Source of the DNA: an uncultured Candidatus Rokubacteria bacterium
Lineage (GTDB): Bacteria > Methylomirabilota > Methylomirabilia > Rokubacteriales > DASRDR01
Assembly: GCA_963708025.1 (NCBI GenBank)
Contig: CAVPSB010000031.1
Coordinates: 128,001-192,000 of the forward strand
Direction: 5' to 3'
Length of the DNA stretch: 64,000 nt
Each line of letters opens with the position of its first letter. The stretch's first letter is position 1. The notes beneath the pieces were generated by a model. That model saw only the letters and a list, made by a program, of their open reading frames with translations. It was not told where the DNA came from and did no database searches. The translations under genes were made by a program, and so were the position numbers. Of this stretch, positions 10,657-19,921 are shown piece by piece.

Positions 10657-12285
10657 GTGACGGGACCCGTCCCCATCGACCGCCGGAGCTGGCTGAGGCT
10701 CGCCGGAGCGGCCGCCGCGGCTTGTTCGGTCGGCGCCACCGCGAGCCCGACGCCGAAGCGCGGCGGCGTGTTCCGCCTCCGCGGCGAGGACCCGACGACC
10801 GGCTTCGACCCGCATCGGACCGTCTCCTTCCGGACGTTGACCACGCTGTCCCTGACGCACAGCCGGCTGGTGAAGGTGAAGGCCGGGACGGGCGTCGCCC
10901 CCGGGACCGTGCCGCTGGAGCCGGACCTGGCCGAGTCGTGGACGCGACCCGACGACAGGACCTATCTCTTCCGGCTCCGCCGCGGCGCCCGCTGGCATCC
11001 GAAGCCCCCGGTGAACGGCCGGGAAGTGACCGCGGAGGACGTCAAGTACACCTACGATCGCTTCCGCGCGATCACCGGGAATCCTGCCCGGAGCCTGCTG
11101 GATCCGGTGGAGAAGATCGAGGCGCTCGACCGGTACACGGTCCGGTTCGTCCTCACGGAGCCCTTCGCGTGGTTCCTGGACGTGCTCGCGTCCACCTCGA
11201 TGTGGATCGTGCCGAAGGAGGCCGTCGACCACTGGGGCGACCTCCGGCGCGCGGAGGCGTGCGTCGGCACCGGACCCTGGATGCTCGAGCGCTACGAGCC
11301 CGGCGTCCGGCTCACCTTCGCGCGGAACCCGCATTACTTCCTCGCGGACCTCCCGTACGCCGACGCCGTCGAGGTGACCGTGGACGCCGATCCCGCGTCC
11401 AGGCTGGCGGCATGGCTGGCGGGGCAGTACGACTTCGCGCCCGAATACGACATGGTCGTGCGTCGCGTCGATCTCGACCTCGTCCAGCGCCGGAAGCCGG
11501 GGCTCCAGACCGCGGAGTTCGTCTGGCTCGTGGGCGCGCTGGGCGCCCTTCGCCTGGATCGAGAGCCGTTCAAGGACCTGCGCGTCCGGCAGGCGCTGGC
11601 CCTCGCCGGCAACTGGAGGGAGGGGCTCGACGCCAACGCGTTCGCCCAGGGCCACGGTGTTCCCAACCCCGCGGTTCCGGCAGCCTTCCGGGAGTGGTCC
11701 ATTCCCATCGACCAGCTTCCCGCCGCCGGCCGTCGGGTCTACGAGCAGAGCCTCCCCGAGGCCCGGCGGCTTCTGGTCGAGGCCGGCTACCCGAACGGGC
11801 TGAAGATCCCGGTCGAGACCACGGCCGGCTACGGCCCCGACTACATGGACCTGGTGCAGGTCCTGCTGAAGAACTGGAAGGCGGCGGGTGTCGAGGCCGA
11901 CCTGCGGCTGAAGGAGTACGGCGCGTTCCTGGCGAGCGCCGTCTTCGGGAAATTCGACGCGCTGGCCCTCAGCCTGCTCGGCGCCTGGACGGAGCCCGAC
12001 AGCTATCTCTACCGGCTCCACATGCCGGGTCAGCCGACGAACGCGAGCGGTGTCGACGACCCGAGGCTCAGCGAGATGATCCGCCTTCAGCGCCGCGCCT
12101 TCGACCCGGCGCGGCGCCGCCAGATCCTGTACGACATCCAGCGCTACCTCTCCGAGCGGGTGTACTACCTCTACGACGCCTCGATCAGCGTCGTGGCCGC
12201 CTGGGAGCCATACGTCAGGAACTTCGCCCCGAACTTCGGCCACGACTACGGGGGGCGGCTGATGGTCGCGTGGCTCGACCGATAG
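10657..12285 (+). CDS. ABC transporter peptide/nickel substrate-binding protein (family 5)
   Basis: GTG after GGGGAG; DRRSWL Tat-like signal; PKRGG, LEPDLAESW, GTGPW motifs. Confidence 0.88.
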   Translation: MTGPVPIDRRSWLRLAGAAAAACSVGATASPTPKRGGVFRLRGEDPTTGFDPHRTVSFRTLTTLSLTHSRLVKVKAGTGVAPGTVPLEPDLAESWTRPDDRTYLFRLRRGARWHPKPPVNGREVTAEDVKYTYDRFRAITGNPARSLLDPVEKIEALDRYTVRFVLTEPFAWFLDVLASTSMWIVPKEAVDHWGDLRRAEACVGTGPWMLERYEPGVRLTFARNPHYFLADLPYADAVEVTVDADPASRLAAWLAGQYDFAPEYDMVVRRVDLDLVQRRKPGLQTAEFVWLVGALGALRLDREPFKDLRVRQALALAGNWREGLDANAFAQGHGVPNPAVPAAFREWSIPIDQLPAAGRRVYEQSLPEARRLLVEAGYPNGLKIPVETTAGYGPDYMDLVQVLLKNWKAAGVEADLRLKEYGAFLASAVFGKFDALALSLLGAWTEPDSYLYRLHMPGQPTNASGVDDPRLSEMIRLQRRAFDPARRRQILYDIQRYLSERVYYLYDASISVVAAWEPYVRNFAPNFGHDYGGRLMVAWLDR

Positions 12286-12413
12286 GCCGCTGGCGATAGC
12301 CGGCCGCTGGTCCATCCCGGCCGCCAGCCGTCGAGGATCGCGAAGCGTCGCCGTCCCGAGGCATGGTCCCGGGACGCCCCGCGGCCCCTGCCTGAGCACT
12401 TCTCGCCTACCTT

Positions 12414-12993
12414 GCCGTTGCCGCCCGGCCGGGCGCTTCCCTAGACGCTCGAGATCTGCCGGGCCCTGTGGTGCTGCGACGGTGTCGGCTTCGCGGGCCG
12501 GCACTTCAAAAAGCACGACGTCACCATGGAGCCGAAGCCGCACCGCCCCGGCGGGCCGCCCATCTGGATCGGCGGCAGCGGCCCCACCGCGCTCCGCGAG
12601 GCCGCGCGCTTCGACGCCTGGTCCCCCACCGGCCCCGGCGTCGAGTACTTCGCCGAGCACTTCCCCGGCGTCCAGGCCGCCGCCCGCGCCGCCGGCCGCC
12701 CTGCCGACGCCGTGACCGGCGCGGCCTACGTCACGCTCGCCCTCGACCCCAGCCCCGCGGCCGCCGAGCAGCGGCTTCACGCCTTCCTGGAGACCTACTA
12801 CGCGGTGCCGGCACGCGCGATCATGGCCCGCCAGGCCACCTACGCCGGGCCGATCGAGGGCTGCGCCGAGTGGCTCCAGCGCTGGATCGACACCGGCTGC
12901 AGCCACTTCTGCCTCCGCTTTGCCGGCGGCGACCAGCTCGCCCAGGTGGACGAGACGGCCTCCCGGCTCCTCCCGCGGCTGCGCTCGCGCTAA
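12414..12993 (+). pseudogene. 5'-truncated duplicate of the LLM oxidoreductase
   Basis: near-identical to 1255-1715; degenerate with a stop upstream of 12526; N-terminal third missing. Confidence 0.85.
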
Positions 12994-13138
12994 GCGCGAT
13001 CACGGCGTCCGGGGCTCGTGTGTTGGCGGCGGCGCCAGGGTCGGGCTGGTTGCTCCTCGTCCTCTTGCCGACCCCGCATGTCGGCTTCCCGCAGGGCAGG
13101 GGACACGAAACGAGTGAATGATGTAAGATTTCGGGCGG

Positions 13139-13489
13139 ATGAGCCCTCTCCATCACGATGCAGCACAAGGGGACCTCCTCCGGCAGGTCAGGGACCGGAT
13201 CATGACCGCGGACGGTCGTGCCGTGCGCCGGCTGATCCTCTTCGGATCCCGTGTCCGTGGCGATGCGAGACCGGACAGCGACTATGACATCCTCGTGCTG
13301 GTGACCGGCATGGACGCGGCGCAGCGCTCGGCGTTCGCGTCCAGGCTCTACCGGGCGATGGAAGGCCTCGGCGTCAGCGTCGAGCCGTGGGTGATGAGCG
13401 AGCAGGAGTTCGAGGAGAGCAAGACGGTCGTCGGCGGTCTGGCCCATCCGGCGTGGAAGGAAGGAGTCGTCTTCCATCCGGACGCCTGA
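13139..13489 (+). CDS. minimal nucleotidyltransferase (MNT/MntA-like)
   Basis: ILFGSRVRGDARPDSDYDILV motif. Confidence 0.88.
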   Translation: MSPLHHDAAQGDLLRQVRDRIMTADGRAVRRLILFGSRVRGDARPDSDYDILVLVTGMDAAQRSAFASRLYRAMEGLGVSVEPWVMSEQEFEESKTVVGGLAHPAWKEGVVFHPDA

Positions 13490-13505
13490 GCAAGTCCGGT
13501 GGGAC

Positions 13506-13822
13506 TAGTCCTGGGGCTGGGCGACCCGATCGTCTACACCCGGCCGCTGGAGCGGCTGGGACTCGCGCCCGCGACGCTCGACGCCGGGCTGCGCGCCCGA
13601 CTGGACCCGGCGATCTTCGGCCTGATGGAAGGGCGCGCCGACACCGCCTCGGCGGCCATCGCCCGCGAGGCGGTCGCCACGCTCCGCGCGCGCGGCGTCG
13701 ACGGGATCATCCTCGGCTGCACCGAGATCCCCCTGCTGCTCCAGGACGCCGCCGACGCACCGGACCTGATCGACCCGGCCCAGCTCCTCGTTGACGCCGC
13801 GCTCCGCCACGCCTTGACGTGA
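13506..13822 (+). pseudogene. 5'-truncated duplicate of the racemase
   Basis: near-identical to 2113-2427; first half absent. Confidence 0.85.
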
Positions 13823-13982
13823 CCCGGCGGCCGCCGCCCCGGGAGCGGGCATGGCGTCCTTCCGTGTGACGCGGTGAAGCTCTCGGTCTGGCGGCCTTGC
13901 GCGGGCGGCGGGCGACGCCTCTAGCTGCTAGCGGACCTCGGTCCTCGCCTTCTACTGCCAGGAACGGTGAGCGGGATATGGG

Positions 13983-14609
13983 CTACCCCTGGCCCTCGGC
14001 TGGCGTTCGCGCCCTCTCCACGAGCCGCACCAGTACCTCGTAGGGCTGCGCGCCCACGACGCCCCAGCGGCCGGCGACGAAGGTCGGCACGCCGCTGATC
14101 CCGAGCTCGCGCGACAGCGCCCAGTCGGCATCGATGGCTGCCTCGAACGTCCGCCGCTCCAGCACCTCGCGCGCGGCCTCGACCGGGAGGCCGACGCGCT
14201 CGGCGATCTCCAGCAGCACCGCGGGCTTCGAGATGTCGCGGGCCTCCACGAAGTAGGCGCGGAAGAGTGCCTCGTGGATGGCCTCGCCGCCCGGCTGCGT
14301 GTCGGCCCACTTGCCCAGCTCCTGCGCCAGCCGGCTGTTGTACGTCATCGTGCGCTCGCCGTAGGGAAGGTCCTCGGCGTCCATGCGCGCCTTCATCTGG
14401 GCGTGCATGGCCTGCCGGTCCAGGTTGCGTCCCGCGAAGAGGTCGTCCAGGGAGCGGCCTTCCGCCGGGGTGTCCGGGTGCAGCGGGAAGTGCACCCACT
14501 CGACCTTCACGCCGTGCTCGGCCTTGAGCCTCTCAATACGCACGGTACTGAGATAGCACCAGGGTCAGACGTAGTCGGTGAAGACCTTCAGCGTGACCGG
14601 CTCGCTCAT
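13983..14609 (-). CDS. DsbA/FrnE-family thiol-disulfide oxidoreductase, predicted selenoprotein (UPWC)
   Basis: MSEPVTLKVFTDYV-TGA-PWCY; TGA (14565-14567) sits at the first Cys of CxxC; GISGVPTF and GAQP motifs; GGAGG-like RBS. Confidence 0.88.
14531..14553 (-). promoter_or_regulatory. putative bacterial SECIS hairpin
   Basis: UCUCAGUAC-CGUGC-GUAUUGAGA, a 9-bp stem starting 11 nt after the UGA. Confidence 0.7.
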
Positions 14610-14635
14610 GAGGCCTCCTCTGGGGCCGGAGAGGA

Positions 14636-15985
14636 TCAGCCCAGGAGCAGCTCGCACACCTCGAGCCACGCCTGGGTGGTCAGCGCGAGCGACTCCACGT
14701 CCACGCGCTCGTCGTTCCCGTGGAACCGCCCGCCCATCGCCTCGGCGGTCAGGGCCCGTGAGAAGAGGCCGAAGCCGTAGGCGATCGCGCCCCGATCGCG
14801 GAAGTAGGGCGCATCGGTGAAGCCGACGATCATCTTCGGCAGGAGGCGGGCGCCCGGGTAGTGCGCGTCCACCACCCGGCCCAGCACGTCCCACAGCGGG
14901 GTACCGGTGGGCGACACCGAGGCCGGCTTGGAGAAGAGCCGCTCGACCTCGACCTCCTCGGCCAGGCCGCCGAGGGCCTTGTCGAGGTGCCGGCGCACCT
15001 CGTCCTCGCTGTCGCCGGGGACGGTGCGGATGTCCACCTCCACGTCGACCGTGTCCGGGATCACGTTGGTCTTGACCCCGCCGTGGCAGACGTTCGGCGA
15101 GAGCGTCGTGTGGGTGGCCGACCACGCGAGCCGGGCCAGGCGCGGGTCGAGCCCGGCGATCGCCTCGTCGACGCGGGAGGGGTCGGCCAGGGCGGCCTTC
15201 GTGGCCGGGTCGAGGTGGAGCGTGTCGACGAAGGCCCGCCACAGCTCGTCGACATAGGGCGCCGGGCGGTAGTCGGCCAGGCGGCTCACCACCCGGGCGG
15301 CCTTCACCAGCGCGTTGTTCGCGCCGTACGGCATCGAGCCGTGGCCGGGCGTGCCCTTCACCCGGAGCCGCCGCCAGGCGACGCCCTTCTCGCCGACGTG
15401 CACGGTGACGGCGAGCTCGCCGGTCGCGCCGCGGCTCACCGTTCCCCCGTTCTCGGTGAGGCAGTAGTCGGCCCGGAGAGCGTCCCAGTGCCGCTCGCAC
15501 ACGTAGCCGGCCCCCAGCGTGCCGCCGGCCTCCTCGTCGGCGCAGGCGAGGTAGACGAGCGAGCCGCGCGGCCGCCAGCCGGCGGGCCGGCGGGCCAGGG
15601 CGCGGAGCGCGACGGCCTGGGAGGCGGTGATGTTGAGCATGTCCACCGCGCCGCGGCCCCACACCTCGCCGTCGACCAGCTCGCCGCCGAACGGATCGCG
15701 GGTCCAGGCCTTCGGGTTCACCGGCACGACATCGGTGTGGCCCATCAGGCACAGCGTGGGCGCCGTGGGGTCGCTCCCCTCGATCCGGGCGACCAGGCTC
15801 CCGCGGCCGGGGGCGTGAGGCGGCTGGTACACCTCGATGTCGAGGCCGCTGCCTTCCAGGTAGCTCCTCAGGGTGTCGCTGTTGCGCGACTCCTGGCCCG
15901 ACGGGAGGGTGCCGTCGTTGACACACTGGTTGCGAATCAGCTGCTGGAGCAACTCGACGGTCTGGCCGGTCAATGCGTCGTCCAT
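14636..15985 (-). CDS. M20/M25/M40 metallopeptidase
   Basis: GHTDVVP, WGRGAVDM, ADEEAGG, HGNDERV. Confidence 0.92.
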   Translation of the reverse strand: MDDALTGQTVELLQQLIRNQCVNDGTLPSGQESRNSDTLRSYLEGSGLDIEVYQPPHAPGRGSLVARIEGSDPTAPTLCLMGHTDVVPVNPKAWTRDPFGGELVDGEVWGRGAVDMLNITASQAVALRALARRPAGWRPRGSLVYLACADEEAGGTLGAGYVCERHWDALRADYCLTENGGTVSRGATGELAVTVHVGEKGVAWRRLRVKGTPGHGSMPYGANNALVKAARVVSRLADYRPAPYVDELWRAFVDTLHLDPATKAALADPSRVDEAIAGLDPRLARLAWSATHTTLSPNVCHGGVKTNVIPDTVDVEVDIRTVPGDSEDEVRRHLDKALGGLAEEVEVERLFSKPASVSPTGTPLWDVLGRVVDAHYPGARLLPKMIVGFTDAPYFRDRGAIAYGFGLFSRALTAEAMGGRFHGNDERVDVESLALTTQAWLEVCELLLG

Positions 15986-16197
15986 GACGGTATCCTAGCC
16001 AGCGGCGGCCGCGCTGTCGAGGGCGGGGTCAGGCCCGCTCGAAGAGCGCCTGGACCGAGACGATGCGGTGCTCCTCGCGATTCCCGGGTGGCGCGGTGGC
16101 ACGTGGGCTCCGCGTCCATCGCGCCATCCTAACGCGGATCGTCAGCCAGGCCACCCTCGCCGCCGCAGGCCTTCCCTCCCCACCGGAGCGCCGGGAG

Positions 16198-17834
16198 CTA
16201 CGCGCCGTTGCTCAGCCGGTCCCGCCCCAGGATGTGATCCATGCAGCGCTCGGCGAGCGCGCCGATGGTGAACGACGGATTGGCGAGGCCGGTGGACCCT
16301 TCGATCAGGGCGCCGTCCACCACGTACAGGCCGGGGTAGCGCTTCACCCGCCCGTCGAGATCGCAGGCCTTGCCCAGGACGGCGCCGCCGAGCGGGTGCG
16401 CGGACACGAACGGGTTGATCGAGAGCGTCAGCGATCCATTGCGCGCGTCCAGGACCGCGAGGGTCCGCTGCGCCGCGGCCAGGAAGTTCGCCAGCCGGGG
16501 ATCGGCGGCGGGCCAGTTCAGGTCGACGGCATCGGCGGCGGGGTCGTAGGCGAACGAGCCGATCGCGGGCGGGATGCCCAGGCTCGCGTAGTTGGCGAAG
16601 TGCGGCGGCGCGCCGACGGCCGAGAGCGCGGCGTTGATGTGCGGGGGCAGCACGAGCTCGACGAGGCTGGTGGGCCCGAACGGGTTGTCGAGGTCCTCCA
16701 GGATGAAGTGCCCGGCGGGGCCGCCCGTCCCCGCGTTGGTCGGCGGCAGGAGGCCCCGCGTCACGGGCAGGTCGCCGTTGGCCGCCCAGTGCTGTCCGAC
16801 GTGGTCGTTCAGCGCCGGCAGCGCCCCCGTGGCCCGCGCGCGGACGAGCAGGCTCGACGTGCCGACGGAGCCCGCGGCGAGGAACAGGTACTTGCACACC
16901 AGGCGCCGGGGCGCGCCCACGACGTCCCCGTCGTCGCTGAGCCGGAGCGTCGTCACCACGTAGCGGCCGCCGTGACCCCGCTCGATCGCGACCACGCTGG
17001 TGCAGGGGCAGGATCTCGACGTGGCCGGTCGCCTCGGCCCGGGCGAGGTAGTTGCGATCGAGGCTGCGCTTGGCCCCGCTGTTGAGCCCGTAGAACGACT
17101 GCCCGGCGATGGCGGAGGGGATCCGCCGGCCGGCGATCTCGTCGCGCACGATGTCCCAGTCGACGGCCAGGTCGACCGGGCGCGTCGGGAATCCCGCCGT
17201 CCGGGCCTGGTCCAGGCTCACCCGGCTGGAGCGGTAGTACTCCGTCGCCAGGATGTCGTCGGGAATGGGCGCCGAGCGAATGATCCCCTTGACGCGCGGG
17301 TAGTACACGTCCTCCATCTCGTCGAAGTCGATCGCCCGCGGGAAGAGCGCGCTCGAAGAGCTCGCGCCGCGGCTTCACGATGATGGCGTTGAAGACGAGC
17401 GAGCCGCCGCCCACGCCCGCGCCGGCGCCGACGTAGATGCCGTTGCCTTCGGTGACGCCGTTGCCCTCGATGACCTCGAGGACGCCGACGTACCGGTCGA
17501 TGGGCTTCACGAGCTGGGGCAGGCCCAGGATCGCCTCGCCGGTGCGGTCGCGCAGCCAGTAGGCGCGCCCGTCGGGCTGCTCGAACGTCGCGAAGGTGTC
17601 GCCGTCGCGCCGGATCGGCCAGCGCCGGCCCCGCTCGAGCACGACGGTGTCGATGCCGGCGTGCCCGAGCCTCAGCGCGGCGACCGCGCCGCCGAACCCG
17701 CTGCCGATGACGACGGCGGGAACGAAGTCGGAGTGGCGTGCCCACGCCCGGTGGCTGGAGCCGACGAGGCCGGCGCCGGCCGCCGCGAGAATTCCGCCTC
17801 GCAGGAACTGGCGCCTCGAGAGGTCCCTGGACAT
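16198..17834 (-). CDS. Tat-exported cholesterol oxidase-like GMC oxidoreductase (copy B; frameshifts near 17350 and 16997)
   Basis: near-identical to 3356-4991. Confidence 0.85.
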
Positions 17835-17860
17835 GGCGTGTCCCCCTTGCTTCCCGTCGG

Positions 17861-18135
17861 TCATGGCCGATGGGCGTCCTCGATGATCCCGTCGAGCAGC
17901 TCGGCGGGGTCGGAGATCAGCATGCCGTGCACCGCGTCCGGCCCGGACACCTCGACGAGCCCGGTTCGCCGGCGCCGTCAGGTACTCGTAGAGCAGGGCC
18001 TGCTCCTCGGGGCGGATGATGACGTCCTGCTCGAAGCCGACGACCCGCAGCGTGGTCCGGGCGTGAGGGGCGAAGATCCGGGCCTCGATCGACGGGCGGG
18101 CCAGAGGCGGCGCGCCGACCAGGGCAAGCGCGGGA
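17861..18135 (-). pseudogene. hydrolase-like C-terminal fragment (copy B)
   Basis: near-identical to 5018-5290. Confidence 0.4.
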
Positions 18136-18333
18136 GGGGTCAGGCTTTGACTTCTTGACACTTCGAGGAACCCGAGGGGAGGTCGGCAGGCCGCCTGCCG
18201 GGCGGAGGTGGTCCCGGTGCGGCGGCCGCGAGGGTCTCCTCACTGGCTCGCCCCGGACATGCGGCACCACGCAAACTGGCCGCGTGCCCGTTCAGCGGCA
18301 GACGCCATTGGTCAGAAGTCAAAGCCTGACCCC
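18136..18333. mobile_element. 198-bp MITE/REPIN-like element (copy B)
   Basis: same perfect 20-bp inverted repeats at 18136-18155 and 18314-18333. Confidence 0.7.
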
Positions 18334-18349
18334 ATCCTGCGGCCAGTCG

Positions 18350-19557
18350 CTACAGCGCGAATGGGAGTGACGCGGGGGGCGTGGCCTGGCCGAAGCCGTT
18401 GAAGCCCCAGCACGCCACCGTCCCGTCGCCCCGGAGGCCGCACGTGTGAAAGGCCCCTGCGGAGACCTGGCTGAAGGGGCCGCCGGGCGGCGTGGCCTGG
18501 CCGTTGCCGTTGACGCCCCAGCACGCCACCGTCCCGTCGCCCTGGAGGCCGCACGTGTGATTGCCCCCTGCGGAGACCTGGCTGAAGGGGCCGCCGGGCG
18601 GCGTGGCCTGGCCGGACCCGTTGTTGCCCCAGCACGCCACCGTCCCGTCGCCCTGGAGGCCGCACGTGTGACTGCCCCCTGGGGAGACCTGGCTGAAGGG
18701 GCCGCCGGGCGGCGTGGCCTGGCCGGAGAAGTTGGCGCCCCAGCACGCCACCGTCCCGTCGCCCTGGATGCCGCACGTGTGAGAGAACCCCGCGGAGACC
18801 TGGCTGAAGGGGCCGCCGGGCGGCGTGGCCTGGCCGGACCCGTTGTTGCCCCAGCACAGGACCCGGCCGAGGCGGGTCAGCCCGCAGGTGAAATCGCCGC
18901 CCGCGCTCACTCCGGGCTGCGTCGCGAACGCAGCTCTCAGCACGACGCCACCCGGGCAGGTCAGCGTGACCAGGCCGAGCGTGCCGTCGAACGCGGCCGT
19001 GCAGCCGCCTCCCGAGCCCGGCGGTCCCTGCGGCCCCTGGGCGCCCGTGGCCCCGGTCTCGCCCTTGTCGCCCTTATCCCCCTTGTCGCCTCTGTCCCCC
19101 TTCTCGCCTTGCATCCCCTGAGGACCCTGGGGTCCCGACGGCCCTTGAATTCCCGGGATTCCCTGCGGTCCCGGCTGGCCCTGGGGTCCCTGGGGGCCCT
19201 GCGGGCCCACGGCGCCGTCTCCGCTGCCGATCGCCACCTCGAAGGGGAGCGCCGGGATGGGGAGTGGGCCCCCCCGGATCACCAGGAGCTGGTAGGTTGA
19301 CGGCTCGATGTCGTGCGGCAGCAGGGCGACGATCTGCGTCGGGGAGTGGAAGAGCACCGGGAGTGGCACGCCGGCGAGCTTCACCACCGGCGTCGCCGTC
19401 CCGAAGCTCGTGCCCAGATCGTCAGCCGCGAGCTCTCCAGGTCGGCATCCGCTCGCAGGATGAATGGCACGGGCAGGTCCGCCCGCGCCCCGACCGCGAC
19501 GACCAGCACCGCGATGATTCCGACCAGCACCACGCCCAGCCGTCCGCCTCTCGTCAT
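18350..19557 (-). CDS. secreted Ig-like/collagen/RCC1-repeat protein (copy B, 5 repeats; frameshift near 19390-19415)
   Basis: [11 protein letters not shown] signal peptide is paralogous to copy A; collagen triplets; 5 x 37-aa repeats. Confidence 0.88.
18374..18910 (-). repeat. intragenic tandem repeat, 5 x 111 bp
   Basis: near-identical 37-codon units. Confidence 0.95.
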
Positions 19558-19616
19558 GTCACGCCCTCCTCTTCTTCGTGTCTCGGCCTGACGCAATCGA
19601 GACCACGCCGACGCCG

Positions 19617-19814
19617 TCAGGAGCCCGGCGCCGGCTCGGCCTCCCCGCGCGCCAGCATCGCGGCGAGGAGCCCTCCGACGTCCTCCAGCCCGTCCACCTT
19701 GGCCTTCTCGCCGGTCCGGACCCGCTCGACCACCCCGGTGACCCGCCCGAGCCCGTCCCGGTCCAGCCGGACGATGAAGACCGCTCGGTGAAGCCCCACG
19801 CCCTCGTCCGCCAT
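19617..19814 (-). CDS. small conserved hypothetical protein (copy B)
   Basis: FIVRLDRD..GRVTGVVERVRTGEK...GLEDVG, homologous to 6984-7253 and in the same position. Confidence 0.7.
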   Translation of the reverse strand: MADEGVGLHRAVFIVRLDRDGLGRVTGVVERVRTGEKAKVDGLEDVGGLLAAMLARGEAEPAPGS

Positions 19815-19921
19815 GACGTGCCCACCATGGCCGGGGGGGCGTTAGCAAACCGTCTGCGGCGGCGTTAGTGGCTGGTAATGTGGCGGGACATCGTGCTAAA
19901 GTCCGCCCACTGGCGGCGGCC

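Noticed and set aside
8590-12906. Very long antisense and alternate-frame ORFs (e.g. 1438 aa, 1137 aa)
   Set aside because: Shadow ORFs expected at very high GC; Arg/Pro/Gly-rich or antisense to clear genes
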